Source: Thermodesulfobacteriota bacterium (GTDB lineage Bacteria > Desulfobacterota > RBG-13-43-22). From it: 64,000 nucleotides of DNA. The notes beneath the pieces were generated by a model. The model was given only the letters and a program-made list of their open reading frames with translations. It ran no database searches and was not told where the DNA came from. The stretch spans positions 32,834-96,833 of the forward strand of contig JBEKPQ010000002.1 of assembly GCA_049520575.1 (NCBI GenBank), in the 5' to 3' direction. This document shows positions 1 through 9,736 of the stretch, in pieces; position 1 is the stretch's first letter; each line of letters begins with the position of its first letter. A program made the position numbers and the translations under genes.

Positions 1-30
1 TTGTTAAGGTTGAAAGAAATTTGTCGTATT

Positions 31-1188
31 CTATACTCTTTCAGCCTTCAGCCTTTTTTTAGACATTGCCTTCTCAAAAACCTCTAACGTAATTCTGGCC
101 GAGGTTTCCCAGGAAAATCTTTTGGCCTGTTCCAATCCGGCCATCCTTAATTTTTCAGCCAGTCCAGGCTCATGCACCAGACGAAGCATGGTCCCTTGCA
201 AATCCTCCAGGCTATTAGGGTCAATCAATAATTCTGCCTCACCAACGACCTCGGGCATGGCGCTTTTCCGTGAGGTGATCACCGGGCACCCGCACTGCAT
301 AGCCTCCAGTAGGGGCAGGCCGAATCCTTCATACCAGCTTGGATAGGCCAAAAAGCTTGCGGCATTGTAAAAAAGGACCCTTTCCGAATCCGGTACATAG
401 CCTATCCAGTGGACTCGTTGTTTTAGCCCCGGTCTTTCCATCTCCTTAAAAATCGGTTCCCATTTCCAACCCTTTTGTCCAACCAGAACCAGATCATGGG
501 GGATTTGATCCAGTATTCTGGCAAAGGCCTTAAGCAAGGTCAGGATATTCTTTCGAGGCTCCAAAGTGCCCAGGAAGAGGATAAAAGGTTTTTTTAGTCC
601 ATGGGTTTTAAGAAGTTTTTCTTGGGCTTCGATATCCGATAAGGGCTGAAAAGCCTCCTCGGCCCCATGATAAACAACCGTTATCTTCTCTTCGGAAACC
701 TTGAAAAGGGTGATCAAATCATTGCGAGTGGCTTCGGAAACGGCCAAGATATGATCATAACGCCGCAACATGGCCGGGTAGGCCAGAAGGTCCAGCACCT
801 TTTGCATAGGATTGAAAGGAAAAAAATGGGGAAATAAGTATCGGGTCAAATCATGCACGACCATAACCGAAGCTACTCCGGCAGGGATTCGGGCCGGACC
901 GTAAAGCCCGGGTGAAAAAACAAGATCAAATTGCGACAAGACTCTGGGAACCACTTGAAGATTCCAACGAGTGACCCGGGCAGGAGGTCGGGGAAGGTCC
1001 AATATGACTTGCTCGAATTTTTCTTTAAAGGGCGTTTGCTCTCGGCGGTGATCAATCAGGACATAATGATGCTCAGGGGCCAGCCTTTTCATGGCCAATA
1101 GGACCTGATGGAGGTAATGATCCATGCCGGCCTTCTGTTCGCTGATCCCCCCGTAAATGACCCCGATTTTTAGAGAGTTGCCCGTCAT
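31..1188 (-). CDS. Glycosyltransferase family 4 (group 1)
   Basis: GT-B C-terminal motifs FLGTLEPRKN and YPSWYEGFGLPLLEAMQCGCPVITS. Confidence 0.9.
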   Translation of the reverse strand: MTGNSLKIGVIYGGISEQKAGMDHYLHQVLLAMKRLAPEHHYVLIDHRREQTPFKEKFEQVILDLPRPPARVTRWNLQVVPRVLSQFDLVFSPGLYGPARIPAGVASVMVVHDLTRYLFPHFFPFNPMQKVLDLLAYPAMLRRYDHILAVSEATRNDLITLFKVSEEKITVVYHGAEEAFQPLSDIEAQEKLLKTHGLKKPFILFLGTLEPRKNILTLLKAFARILDQIPHDLVLVGQKGWKWEPIFKEMERPGLKQRVHWIGYVPDSERVLFYNAASFLAYPSWYEGFGLPLLEAMQCGCPVITSRKSAMPEVVGEAELLIDPNSLEDLQGTMLRLVHEPGLAEKLRMAGLEQAKRFSWETSARITLEVFEKAMSKKRLKAERV

Positions 1189-1209
1189 AACTTAGACAGA
1201 AAGGAAAAT

Positions 1210-1866
1210 TCACAGCTTGCCAAGCAATCGGGTAAAAAGGCGAATAGCTGATTCATCCATCTGTTGCAGGGCTTTTTTATTCAAACCTGCTCCTTCCACA
1301 ATACTTGCCCGCTGGTCCAAAGAGACAATATCTTCCGATGAATGGGTGTCGGAATTTAAAATCAGGCCGGCTTTGGCCTTTTGGGCCAGACGAACAACAT
1401 GACCGTTGGTCAAGCTGTGCCCTTTTCGGGAAGTGATCTCCAGAAAAACACCTTTTTCGGCTGCCCGGCGAACCTCGTCCAGGGTTATTAATCCCGGATG
1501 GGCCAGGATATTAACCCCGGCCTCGATGGCTGCCCGGTTGGTTCCCGAAGGCACCGGTTCAACAATGGTTTCCCCATGAACGACGATGAGAAGGGCACCA
1601 AGTTTTCTGGCCTTGGCGACCAAACCGGCAATCGTCTCCGGCGGAACATGGGTCAATTCAATCCCCGGAATCACTTTGATAGTCCAATGGGCATTTATTT
1701 CTCGTGCCGCAAAAACGATCCGAGGGATAATGTGATCCAGGTTGGAGACATCGGCGTGATCGGTAATGGCCCAATATTGATAGCCCTTAACTTCCGCCCT
1801 CCTGACCAGTTCCGAAGGCAGGAGAACACCATCACTAAATAGAGAATGCGTATGAAGATCGATCAT
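1210..1866 (-). CDS. PHP-domain phosphoesterase (histidinol phosphate phosphatase-like)
   Basis: MIDLHTHSLFSDG, AITDHAD, ILAHPG and NSDTH metal-binding motifs. Confidence 0.85.
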   Translation of the reverse strand: MIDLHTHSLFSDGVLLPSELVRRAEVKGYQYWAITDHADVSNLDHIIPRIVFAAREINAHWTIKVIPGIELTHVPPETIAGLVAKARKLGALLIVVHGETIVEPVPSGTNRAAIEAGVNILAHPGLITLDEVRRAAEKGVFLEITSRKGHSLTNGHVVRLAQKAKAGLILNSDTHSSEDIVSLDQRASIVEGAGLNKKALQQMDESAIRLFTRLLGKL

Positions 1867-2265
1867 GGTCGTGACTTAAGCAGAAAATCCTTTCTTTTGA
1901 ATTTAATAAAGAGCAGACCGTCAAACCCTCCCCCCAGACTATCCGCCAGGACATCGCCTAAGGTCGCATCTCGTCCGGGGGCAAATCATTGATGAAATTC
2001 ATCACTGAGTCCATAAAGGACACTGATGATCAGCACCCAGATAATTTTTTCCGGTAAGAAATGGGAAAACCATATTCTTCCAGGAGCCTGTCCAATAAAA
2101 CCCCAAAAATTCCGTATTCCAAAAATGATAAAATTTATCGGACGAAAAAAAATCAGGAGGTTCAAATAACCATCGGCTTTGACTGGACAAAAAAAAGATC
2201 AAGGCCGCATATCCCAATAAGGGAAAAATATAAAACCACCATCGGCGGGAGGCTTGGGAGGACAA
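1863..2265 (-). pseudogene. VanZ-family membrane protein, disrupted (two -1 frameshifts and an in-frame TGA)
   Basis: Joined frames read IFFLSSQ...DKFYHF / (L)EYGIFGVLL / IWVLIISVLYGLSDEFHQ*FAPGRDATLGDVLADSLGG, which are VanZ motifs. The final TGA overlaps the PHP ATG (ATGA). Confidence 0.8.
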
Positions 2266-2345
2266 AACCAGTCTCAGGGAATAGGAAAAAATCGGAATGG
2301 TCAGCCTCTCATATTGAAAGATTCTTAGTAAAATTCATCCCAAGA

Positions 2346-2472
2346 GACGGCACAGTAAAAAGATTCAGATAGCAAGGCGCACAAACCCTGAGGAATGAGG
2401 CGTACATTGAAGTACGCTGCAATGACGAAGGGTGCAGTGCAACACGGCAGATGGACTTTTTACGAAGCCGTC
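2346..2472. repeat. GTAC-hairpin MITE-like element, copy 1
   Basis: Imperfect terminal IR GACGGC..GTAAAAAG / CTTTTTAC..GCCGTC and central GCGTAC-attgaa-GTACGC; homologous to 23888-24012. Confidence 0.8.
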
Positions 2473-2968
2473 ACATTTTATATTTTCCGAAATCATCAGG
2501 AGCTAGGGATTCCAAGATTTCCGTCCACTTCTTGCCTTCAGTGGATTTAATTTCTTCTTTGGGCCCCATATCCATGTCTTTGGATTTCAGAATAACCTGT
2601 TCTTCCACATAAATGGGGGCCTCAGCACGCAAAGCCAGGGCGATGGCATCGCTGGGACGGGCATCCAAGGAAAATTCTTTATCCTTGAGGATCATATACA
2701 TGAGCGCAAAAAAGGTATTGTCCCGAAGATCGCATATTTCGACTTTGGCCAGTCTTATGCCCAGTTGATCCATCAGGTTCTTCATTAAATCATGGGTCAT
2801 GGGTCTGGAAAACTTGATATTTTCCAGTTCACTGGCTATGGCCGTGGCTTCCAAAAGGCCTATCCAGATAGGTATGGACTTGTCCCCCTCCAAATTTTTA
2901 AGGATCATGATCGGGCTGTTGGTCAAAGGATCGATGGTTAACCCGAAAATTTTCATTCGAATAGACAT
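2471..2968 (-). CDS. Bifunctional nuclease family protein (DUF151)
   Basis: IPIWIGLLEATAIA, RPMTHDL and DARPSDAIALALR motifs. Confidence 0.9.
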   Translation of the reverse strand: MSIRMKIFGLTIDPLTNSPIMILKNLEGDKSIPIWIGLLEATAIASELENIKFSRPMTHDLMKNLMDQLGIRLAKVEICDLRDNTFFALMYMILKDKEFSLDARPSDAIALALRAEAPIYVEEQVILKSKDMDMGPKEEIKSTEGKKWTEILESLAPDDFGKYKM

Positions 2969-3024
2969 ATAACCTCACTAATCAGGTTTAGATTCGAGAT
3001 ATTTAAAAAGTTGCCGTTTGATTT

Positions 3025-4344
3025 TTATAGTAACACACCTTTCAAAGAATGGATATAAGCCTTTTCAATCCGAACCGGGGCCGTTTTCCCCAACAGAACC
3101 GTGGGGCCGGAAAAATTGACAATTTTATTGGTCCGGGTTCTCCCCATCCACTCCTGGGAGGATCTTTTGCTGGTTCCTTCAACCAATACAGTTTGCACCG
3201 TCCCTTCCATGGTCTGGTTCTTTGAAAGGGTGACTTTTTTCTGATAGGTCTGAAGCTCCCGTAAACGGCGACTCTTTTCCTCCTCATTCACCTGATTTGA
3301 AAAATTGGAGGCCGTTGTGTTTGGACGATTCGAATATTTAAAGGAGAACATATCATCCAGTTGAACCGCCCGGATCAGATCCATAGTCTCATCAAAATCA
3401 GCTTCGGTCTCCCCGGGAAACCCTACAATGACATCGCTGGTTATGGCTATGTCCGGGCATTGCTGCCTGAGTTGAGCAATCTTTTCCAGGTAAGCTTCAC
3501 GGGTATAACGCCGATTCATCTTTTCCAGTGTGCGATTTGAGCCGGCCTGGACAGGGAGATGAATATGTTCGCATAAATTTGAAATCTGCCCAAAACAATC
3601 GATGAGTTCCGGGGAAAGGTCCTTGGGGTGAGAAGTCGTAAAACGAATCCGCTCCAGCCCGGTAACTTTTCCCAGAAGATGCAACAAAGAAGCAAAGGGC
3701 ATTTCCCCCGTCCGATTTTGCCCATAGGAATTGACGTTTTGGCCTAAAAGAAGGATCTCCTTGACTCCATTGGCCGCCAGGGTTTCCACCTCGGAAAGGA
3801 TTTCCCGACTCGGACGGCTTTCCTCGGGTCCGCGGACAAAGGGGACCACGCAATAAGCACAATAATTATTGCAGCCCTGCATAATGGTCACCGAGGCTTT
3901 AACCCCCTGGGAAAAGTCGGAGGCCATCAACAATGACTTGAGAAATAGATCCCCCTGGTCCATCTCAATTCGGGACAATCGGTTTTTACCCCGTCTGACC
4001 TTTTCAATCAGGCCGGGAAGCTGATGGATCATTCGAGTTCCAAAGACCAAATCCAGGTGAGGCACTTTTTCTAATAGGCGTTCTCCTTCCTGTTGGGCCA
4101 CACAGCCCCCCACTCCAATAACCAGATCGGGATTTTGGTTCTTCAACCGTTTAAGTCGTCCTAAAAGGCTATAGGTTTTTTCCTCTGCTTTTTGTCGGAC
4201 GCTACAGGTATTGACCAGAATCAAATCGGCCTCTTCCATCTTCTGGGTAACCTGGTAATCAGCAGAGAGCAAAAGCTGGGCGATTGTCTGGGAATCTCTT
4301 TCGTTCATCTGACAACCGAAGGTGGCAATATGAACCTGCTTCAT
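3025..4344 (-). CDS. miaB: tRNA-2-methylthio-N6-dimethylallyladenosine synthase
   Basis: TFGCQMNERDS, NTCSVR, GCVAQ, radical SAM CNNYCAYC and C-terminal TRAM domain. Confidence 0.95.
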   Translation of the reverse strand: MKQVHIATFGCQMNERDSQTIAQLLLSADYQVTQKMEEADLILVNTCSVRQKAEEKTYSLLGRLKRLKNQNPDLVIGVGGCVAQQEGERLLEKVPHLDLVFGTRMIHQLPGLIEKVRRGKNRLSRIEMDQGDLFLKSLLMASDFSQGVKASVTIMQGCNNYCAYCVVPFVRGPEESRPSREILSEVETLAANGVKEILLLGQNVNSYGQNRTGEMPFASLLHLLGKVTGLERIRFTTSHPKDLSPELIDCFGQISNLCEHIHLPVQAGSNRTLEKMNRRYTREAYLEKIAQLRQQCPDIAITSDVIVGFPGETEADFDETMDLIRAVQLDDMFSFKYSNRPNTTASNFSNQVNEEEKSRRLRELQTYQKKVTLSKNQTMEGTVQTVLVEGTSKRSSQEWMGRTRTNKIVNFSGPTVLLGKTAPVRIEKAYIHSLKGVLL

Positions 4345-4423
4345 GAAGATCTTTTCTGCTCTAAAACTTTTTTCTTGTTAAGCCTTCATGCCCGCCTGAG
4401 GTGGGCGCTACGAAATATGAAGA

Positions 4424-4555
4424 AGGTTTCAAGGGGCCAAGGATTCAAGTGAAAGGCGTTGGAGTAAAACCACGCGGTTCCCCGGAGGGGAACCTTTTCT
4501 ATAGCTCGACAAAGTCGAGCGTCTGAACTCTGGAATCCTCGAATCCTGGAATCCT
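4424..4555. repeat. GGATTC/GAATCC heptamer hairpin carrying one double-hairpin unit
   Basis: 4470-4528 is identical over 59 bp to 58568-58626; flanked by aggattcaagtgaa and gaatcctcgaatcctggaatcc. Confidence 0.85.
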
Positions 4556-4678
4556 TTTTTCAAATTAATAGTAACGAATCTCTAATAAAATATCAAGGAA
4601 GAAACCATCCGACAAAATTTCCTTGACTTATTTAAGGAAAAGGATACAAGGGTATAAAATTCGTCGGCAAAGCATGAC

Positions 4679-5347
4679 ATGATCCCCCTCAAGGATGACA
4701 ACCCAACCCAAACCTTTCCTCTGATTACCATTGTCATCATCAGCATCAATATTTTGGTTTATATCTATCAACTCACCTTATCGACTGAGGGACTGGAGAC
4801 CTTCCTCTTTCGCTACGGAGCCATTCCCTCTCGGCTATTACACCCTTTCTTTCAAGAGAATGCTTCTCGTCAAACCTTTCCCTTTGGATTGACCATATTC
4901 AGCTCCATGTTTCTTCACGGAGGTTTAATCCATTTATTCGGGAATATGCTTTATCTGTGGATCTTTGGAGACAACGTGGAGGATTACCTGGGACATGTCA
5001 AGTTTATCATTTTTTACTTGATGGCCGGCTTTTTTGCCGCCTTCATCCATACCCTTTCCGATCTCAACTCCCCCATACCCATGATTGGGGCCAGTGGGGC
5101 CATCGCCGGGGTCCTAGGGGCTTACCTGATCCTTTTCCCCAGAACCAATGTATCAACCTTGTTTATTTTTATTATCTTTTTCAAGATCATCAAGGTCCCG
5201 GCTGTTCTGATCCTTGGGTTGTGGTTTCTGATTCAGTTGTTAAACGCCGGCGCCGGAGGAGGCTCGGTGGCCTGGTATGCTCATGTGGGGGGGTTTCTGA
5301 CCGGGGTCATTCTAATTCGGACCTTCAAAGCGATCCGATTAAAGTAA
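4679..5347 (+). CDS. Rhomboid family intramembrane serine protease
   Basis: SMFLHGG, HLFGNMLYLWIFGDNVED, GASGAIAG and AHVGGF motifs. Confidence 0.92.
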   Translation: MIPLKDDNPTQTFPLITIVIISINILVYIYQLTLSTEGLETFLFRYGAIPSRLLHPFFQENASRQTFPFGLTIFSSMFLHGGLIHLFGNMLYLWIFGDNVEDYLGHVKFIIFYLMAGFFAAFIHTLSDLNSPIPMIGASGAIAGVLGAYLILFPRTNVSTLFIFIIFFKIIKVPAVLILGLWFLIQLLNAGAGGGSVAWYAHVGGFLTGVILIRTFKAIRLK

Positions 5348-5426
5348 ATAAGAAAAGGATTCAAAGGGTCAAGAGCACTGCTTAGAAAGTCAAAAGACCT
5401 GAAGTTTTGGGAGAAAACCACGGGAA

Positions 5427-5903
5427 TTAATTCCGGTCCTTTTCCCTTTTCCTTTCGACTATGCCCTGAATCTCTATTTTCTTCAAATGATCCAAAAGAA
5501 TTTGATAAGTCCCGGCCTTGATCTTCCCATAGGCCGTAACTCCTTTTTCCAAAAAAAGATCCATTTGACTGTGATCGGTCAACTCCACTTTGGCGGCTAT
5601 TCCTTTGGACTCCGAAGAAAGGGTGATCATCCGGATCTGACCAAAAGGAACAGTTACCCGGCCGGCCCCCAACTTTCCGGCCAAATAGGTTTGGCCGTTG
5701 ATACTGAATTGGTTCAGAGCCAGGGTCAGACCTTCGCTGTCGGTAATGACAACCGCAACCTCTTTGTCGGGAACCGGTATCACCCCGGGTTTCCCCGGTT
5801 GGCCCATGTTACCCATACCCAATAAAAATAATGCTGCCACCATAATACTGACCAGGCCGAATCGAGACTTCATCATTCTTTGTCCTTTCTCTTTCATCCC
5901 CAT
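5427..5903 (-). CDS. Exported hypothetical protein
   Basis: Signal-like N-terminus (ALFLLGMG); overlaps the nadK stop, so probably operonic. Confidence 0.6.
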   Translation of the reverse strand: MGMKEKGQRMMKSRFGLVSIMVAALFLLGMGNMGQPGKPGVIPVPDKEVAVVITDSEGLTLALNQFSINGQTYLAGKLGAGRVTVPFGQIRMITLSSESKGIAAKVELTDHSQMDLFLEKGVTAYGKIKAGTYQILLDHLKKIEIQGIVERKREKDRN

Positions 5904-6727
5904 TTCAATTTTGTTCGAAGGACTTCAAAATAATTTTTAAAAGGGGTTTTAATCAACCGGACGGATTTAGTCGCTTTTTGAACTCGCACCAGATCTCCGG
6001 CTTTTAAAGGATATCCTACTTGCCCATCAAAAGTCAACCAGACCTCACTGGCCTTAGACACTAAACGAATATCAATGACCGCATCGTCCTGGAGTATCAA
6101 CGGGCGGTTGGTCAGAGTGAAGGGGCAAATGGGTGTAATGAGAATGGTCTTCAAGGACGGATGCAGGATCGGTCCACCGGCGGATAGATTATAAGCCGTT
6201 GATCCCGTTGGGGTGGCTACGATCAAGCCGTCCCCGCGATAGGAGGTCAGAAATTGGCCGCCTATATTGGTTTCTATATCGATGATTCGGGCCAAAGCCC
6301 CCTTATTGACAACCACGTCATTTAAAAAAGGAACGACAGGAAGGTCTTCCTTGGCCCTAATAATCCGTCCCGTCAATACCATCCGATTTTCAGTCTCATA
6401 ATCCCCCTTGAGGATCTTTTCAAAAAGAAGACGGAATTCATCCAGGCCGATTTCAGTTAGAAACCCCAAACCGCCTAAATTCACCCCCAGGACAGGGGCT
6501 CCCAGATGGCCGTAAAGACGGGCCGCTTTAAGCAAGGTCCCATCGCCGCCTAAAACCACCACCAAATCCAAAGGTTCATCGGGCGGCCGAACTTCCAAGG
6601 CTGGAGGCTCTCCTTTTTCGTCCCAAAGAACTAAAATCCCTTTTTCCTTTTCCAGCCAGGTCTTGATTTTCAGGGCTTCTTGATAGGCAAAGGAAATATT
6701 TTTAACTACCAGTCTAATCTGTTTCAC
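5894..6727 (-). CDS. nadK: NAD(+) kinase
   Basis: LGGDGTLL, GGLGFL, NDVVV, DGLIVATPTGSTAYNLSAGGP; GTG start. Confidence 0.95.
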   Translation of the reverse strand: MKQIRLVVKNISFAYQEALKIKTWLEKEKGILVLWDEKGEPPALEVRPPDEPLDLVVVLGGDGTLLKAARLYGHLGAPVLGVNLGGLGFLTEIGLDEFRLLFEKILKGDYETENRMVLTGRIIRAKEDLPVVPFLNDVVVNKGALARIIDIETNIGGQFLTSYRGDGLIVATPTGSTAYNLSAGGPILHPSLKTILITPICPFTLTNRPLILQDDAVIDIRLVSKASEVWLTFDGQVGYPLKAGDLVRVQKATKSVRLIKTPFKNYFEVLRTKLKWG

Positions 6728-6745
6728 TTTGTTCTCCGTACCCTG

Positions 6746-8977
6746 TTAGGCCCCTAAAGGCAATTCTATGGTAAAAATGGTCCCCTTGGGGTCATTATTT
6801 TTAACTCGAATATGGCCGTGATGATCTGAGATAATAGAGCTGACAATAGTCAATCCCAGGCCGGTTCCCCCCTTTTTGGTGGAAAAATAAGGGACAAAAA
6901 GTCGATCTCTATCTCGGGGTGCAATCCCGATGCCGGTGTCGATAACTTCAATACGGGCCATCGCCAAAAACGGATCGTATTCTGTCAGGACCTTTATGGA
7001 ACCGCCTTTTTCAACGGCTGCCACCGCATTATCCAGCAAATTGAGCATCACCCTTTTCATCTGTTCCCGATCCAGGGGAAATTCGGGTAGGTTAGGTTCG
7101 GCCATAAAGGAAAAATCGATATTTTTGTGATTTTCCTGGTACAAAGTCAGGACTTCTTGAATAATGGCATTCAGGTCATTCAGGGACAGGGTCGTCGCCG
7201 GCAAGCGGCCAAAGGTAAAAAATTCATTGACCAGGCCGATCAATTCATCCACTTGATTGATGATGGTCTGAGTGCATTCGTCAAAAATTTCCTTTTCTTT
7301 TCCTTCGGATAAAAGGTGGGAATATTTTTTACGCAAACGCTGGGCCGATAATTTGATGGGGGTCAACGGGTTTTTGATTTCATGGGCCAGGCGTCTGGCC
7401 ACCTCTCTCCAGGCCGCCACCTTCTGCATTTTCTCAATCTCGGTTAAATCATCAAAGACCAGGACCATCCCTAAATTACGTTTTTCCTCGTCCTGTAACA
7501 GAGATACTTTTACCAACAAGGTCAACGTCTTATCCGAAAGCGGAACTTGAATGGTCCGCTCGAGGGTCCCTCTTTTAATCAAGTCCAGATTGACCAGCAG
7601 GTCGTGAAGCATAACCTTTTGTTCAGGACGAAGCACATCCTGATACCGTTTTCCAAGGACCTCCTCGGTTTTTAATCGAAGCATTTCCCTGGCCGAGTGG
7701 TTAATGGTGCTGATCCGTCCATCGGCATCTATGGAAATAACCCCGGTTCCAATATTGGCCAGGACCGTCTCCATGTATTGTTTCCGTTGATTGATTTCCT
7801 CGGTGCTCTTCCATAATTTTTGATAGGTCTGTTCGATCTCTTCCTTGCCTTTTTTTAAATCGGAAGTCATTTTATTGAAGGAATTAACCAACAAGCCGAA
7901 TTCATCTTTGGCCTCTAAGTCGATGGAAAAGTCATAGTCGCCCTGGGCGATCCTCAAGGTCCCTTCGGCCAGCCTTTGGATCGGGACCGTCATCCCTTTG
8001 GCCAGGTAAAAGCCAAACCAGGTGGCTGAAAAAAGGATCAACAAGGAGACGATGGAAAGAACGATCAGATAGATTAATTTAATAGGGTTTTTTAACATCT
8101 GCATCTGCCGGTACCCTTCCAGGCCGGTGGAAATGGTCTCCATTTTCTTGAGTAATGATCGCGGAAAATAGGAAGCAACCACCACGGTAGCCAGGGTTTT
8201 CCGGGCCCGAAAATTATCCCAGACCGGAACCCCGGCAATAAAAAAATCCCCCTCCGAAGTGGATTGAACCTCGGAAATTCCCTTGGGCTGAAAGCCTTTC
8301 TGTATAAGACTTAGGGGTGGTTCTTTAAAGGATTGCAGATAGGTCTCTGAAGTCACAACACGAACTTTTTGTTCCAGATTGGGCAAAAAAAGGCCGACCC
8401 AGGCCAATCCGTATTCCTGTCGTTTGTCCTGAATATTCCGTATGATCCCTTCCTGATCGTTTTTGGTTATAAGGCCGGACTGACTCAGATCGAGGCTAAG
8501 TTGTTGGGCATATATTCGGGTACCCCTCTGGGAAGCCTGATAATAGGCCCGGCCCACGTCGACGGAGTCCTGCAGGGATTTCTCGATATGGATGTTGAAC
8601 CAGTAATCCATGCCCATGGCCATGAATTGATAGGCAATGAAAAATAGGACGATGGTCGGCACCAGAGAGAGGGTAATAAATCCAATGACTAACCGGGTTC
8701 GGATCTTTGATCCCAGAACCTTTCGTCTTCTCTCGGTGACCAGTTTAAGCAGGTTTCGCACGACCAAAAAGATCAACAGGAGAAGCAAAATAATGTTGAT
8801 GTTGATTAAAGCAAAAAGGACGACCCGCTGGGATATAGAAAAAGGGAAATCAGGCCGAAGGATATTGGTTTCCCAAAATGTCAGTCCGAGGACCACCAAG
8901 ATGGTGATAACGATAATCAGGCGTTCTCTTTTTTTCCGCCGTTGTTCTTTTTGTTCTTCTGATAAAAGGGGGATCAT
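6746..8977 (-). CDS. NtrY-like PAS/HAMP sensor histidine kinase
   Basis: KIRTRLV N-terminus, HAMP and PAS regions, WREVARRLAHEIKNPLTPIKLSAQRL, HATPase G boxes; start taken at MIPLL (8977). Confidence 0.88.
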   Translation of the reverse strand: MIPLLSEEQKEQRRKKRERLIIVITILVVLGLTFWETNILRPDFPFSISQRVVLFALININIILLLLLIFLVVRNLLKLVTERRRKVLGSKIRTRLVIGFITLSLVPTIVLFFIAYQFMAMGMDYWFNIHIEKSLQDSVDVGRAYYQASQRGTRIYAQQLSLDLSQSGLITKNDQEGIIRNIQDKRQEYGLAWVGLFLPNLEQKVRVVTSETYLQSFKEPPLSLIQKGFQPKGISEVQSTSEGDFFIAGVPVWDNFRARKTLATVVVASYFPRSLLKKMETISTGLEGYRQMQMLKNPIKLIYLIVLSIVSLLILFSATWFGFYLAKGMTVPIQRLAEGTLRIAQGDYDFSIDLEAKDEFGLLVNSFNKMTSDLKKGKEEIEQTYQKLWKSTEEINQRKQYMETVLANIGTGVISIDADGRISTINHSAREMLRLKTEEVLGKRYQDVLRPEQKVMLHDLLVNLDLIKRGTLERTIQVPLSDKTLTLLVKVSLLQDEEKRNLGMVLVFDDLTEIEKMQKVAAWREVARRLAHEIKNPLTPIKLSAQRLRKKYSHLLSEGKEKEIFDECTQTIINQVDELIGLVNEFFTFGRLPATTLSLNDLNAIIQEVLTLYQENHKNIDFSFMAEPNLPEFPLDREQMKRVMLNLLDNAVAAVEKGGSIKVLTEYDPFLAMARIEVIDTGIGIAPRDRDRLFVPYFSTKKGGTGLGLTIVSSIISDHHGHIRVKNNDPKGTIFTIELPLGA

Positions 8978-9005
8978 GGACCTGTCGGGGAAGGGAGTTC
9001 CTCTT

Positions 9006-9602
9006 TTAATAAATGAAATCCACTTGATACCAATCCGTTTCAAAATCCCACAAGGAAACAAAAAACAAAATGTAATGGAGATATAAAGGAAACCGGACTT
9101 TATTAAGCTCTGCCTTTATCCGTAATTGATACTGGTTGTTCCTTTCCAGTGCTTGAAGGGGGATCAGTTGAATATTACTGACATCGGCCATCATCTCTTG
9201 GGCTTTGGAAAATTCCTTGACGACAAAAGTCTGATTTCCCCGTTCGCTTAATTGGATGGAATATTCATCCCTTAGAGAATCATATTTAACGGTATGATGT
9301 ATTTTTAGAGAGGCGATATGTTTATTGGGCCAAATAGAACGGGGTTTATACAATTCAATCAGGAAGGTAAAGGTGGTTGGTATCCCATTTTGGATCGCTT
9401 TATTCATTTCGGGCGTAAAACACCCTTTGGTAAAAAAATAAACCAATAGATGGTCCTGATTGTTGGTGACAATACTATCGGCAATTTGGGCTTGTTTGCT
9501 CCAGGCCGTTATTGGGCCGGAGAGAAGCAAGGAAAGAAAAATCAGGGAAACCCCGAGAATTTTCAGCAAGAAAAAACACTTTTCCAAAATAATTCGCTTC
9601 AT
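9006..9602 (-). CDS. DUF4390 domain protein
   Basis: AIQNGIPTTFTFLIEL, YDSLRDEY and WDFETDW; sits upstream of an ntrY-like gene, as is typical for the family. Confidence 0.75.
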   Translation of the reverse strand: MKRIILEKCFFLLKILGVSLIFLSLLLSGPITAWSKQAQIADSIVTNNQDHLLVYFFTKGCFTPEMNKAIQNGIPTTFTFLIELYKPRSIWPNKHIASLKIHHTVKYDSLRDEYSIQLSERGNQTFVVKEFSKAQEMMADVSNIQLIPLQALERNNQYQLRIKAELNKVRFPLYLHYILFFVSLWDFETDWYQVDFIY

Positions 9603-9736
9603 TAATATATATTATCAAAAAGACAAAAAAATGCAAGCCCATTCCGATCAGGCGATCTGACGGATGTTCCCAATAGAAGAACTTGGTTTACAAAGGCCTA
9701 CCCGGATTCCGATTACCGACAGGCTGTGATTTCCTT

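Noticed and set aside
1986-1988. In-frame TGA in vanZ as a possible selenocysteine codon (genome has selC)
   Set aside because: The position is not a Cys site in VanZ and the gene also has two frameshifts; a nonsense mutation is simpler. I recognised no selenoprotein in this window.
9690-9736. TKAYPDSDYRQAV, a TPR/BamD-like peptide just upstream of the REC fragment
   Set aside because: Too short to distinguish from chance.
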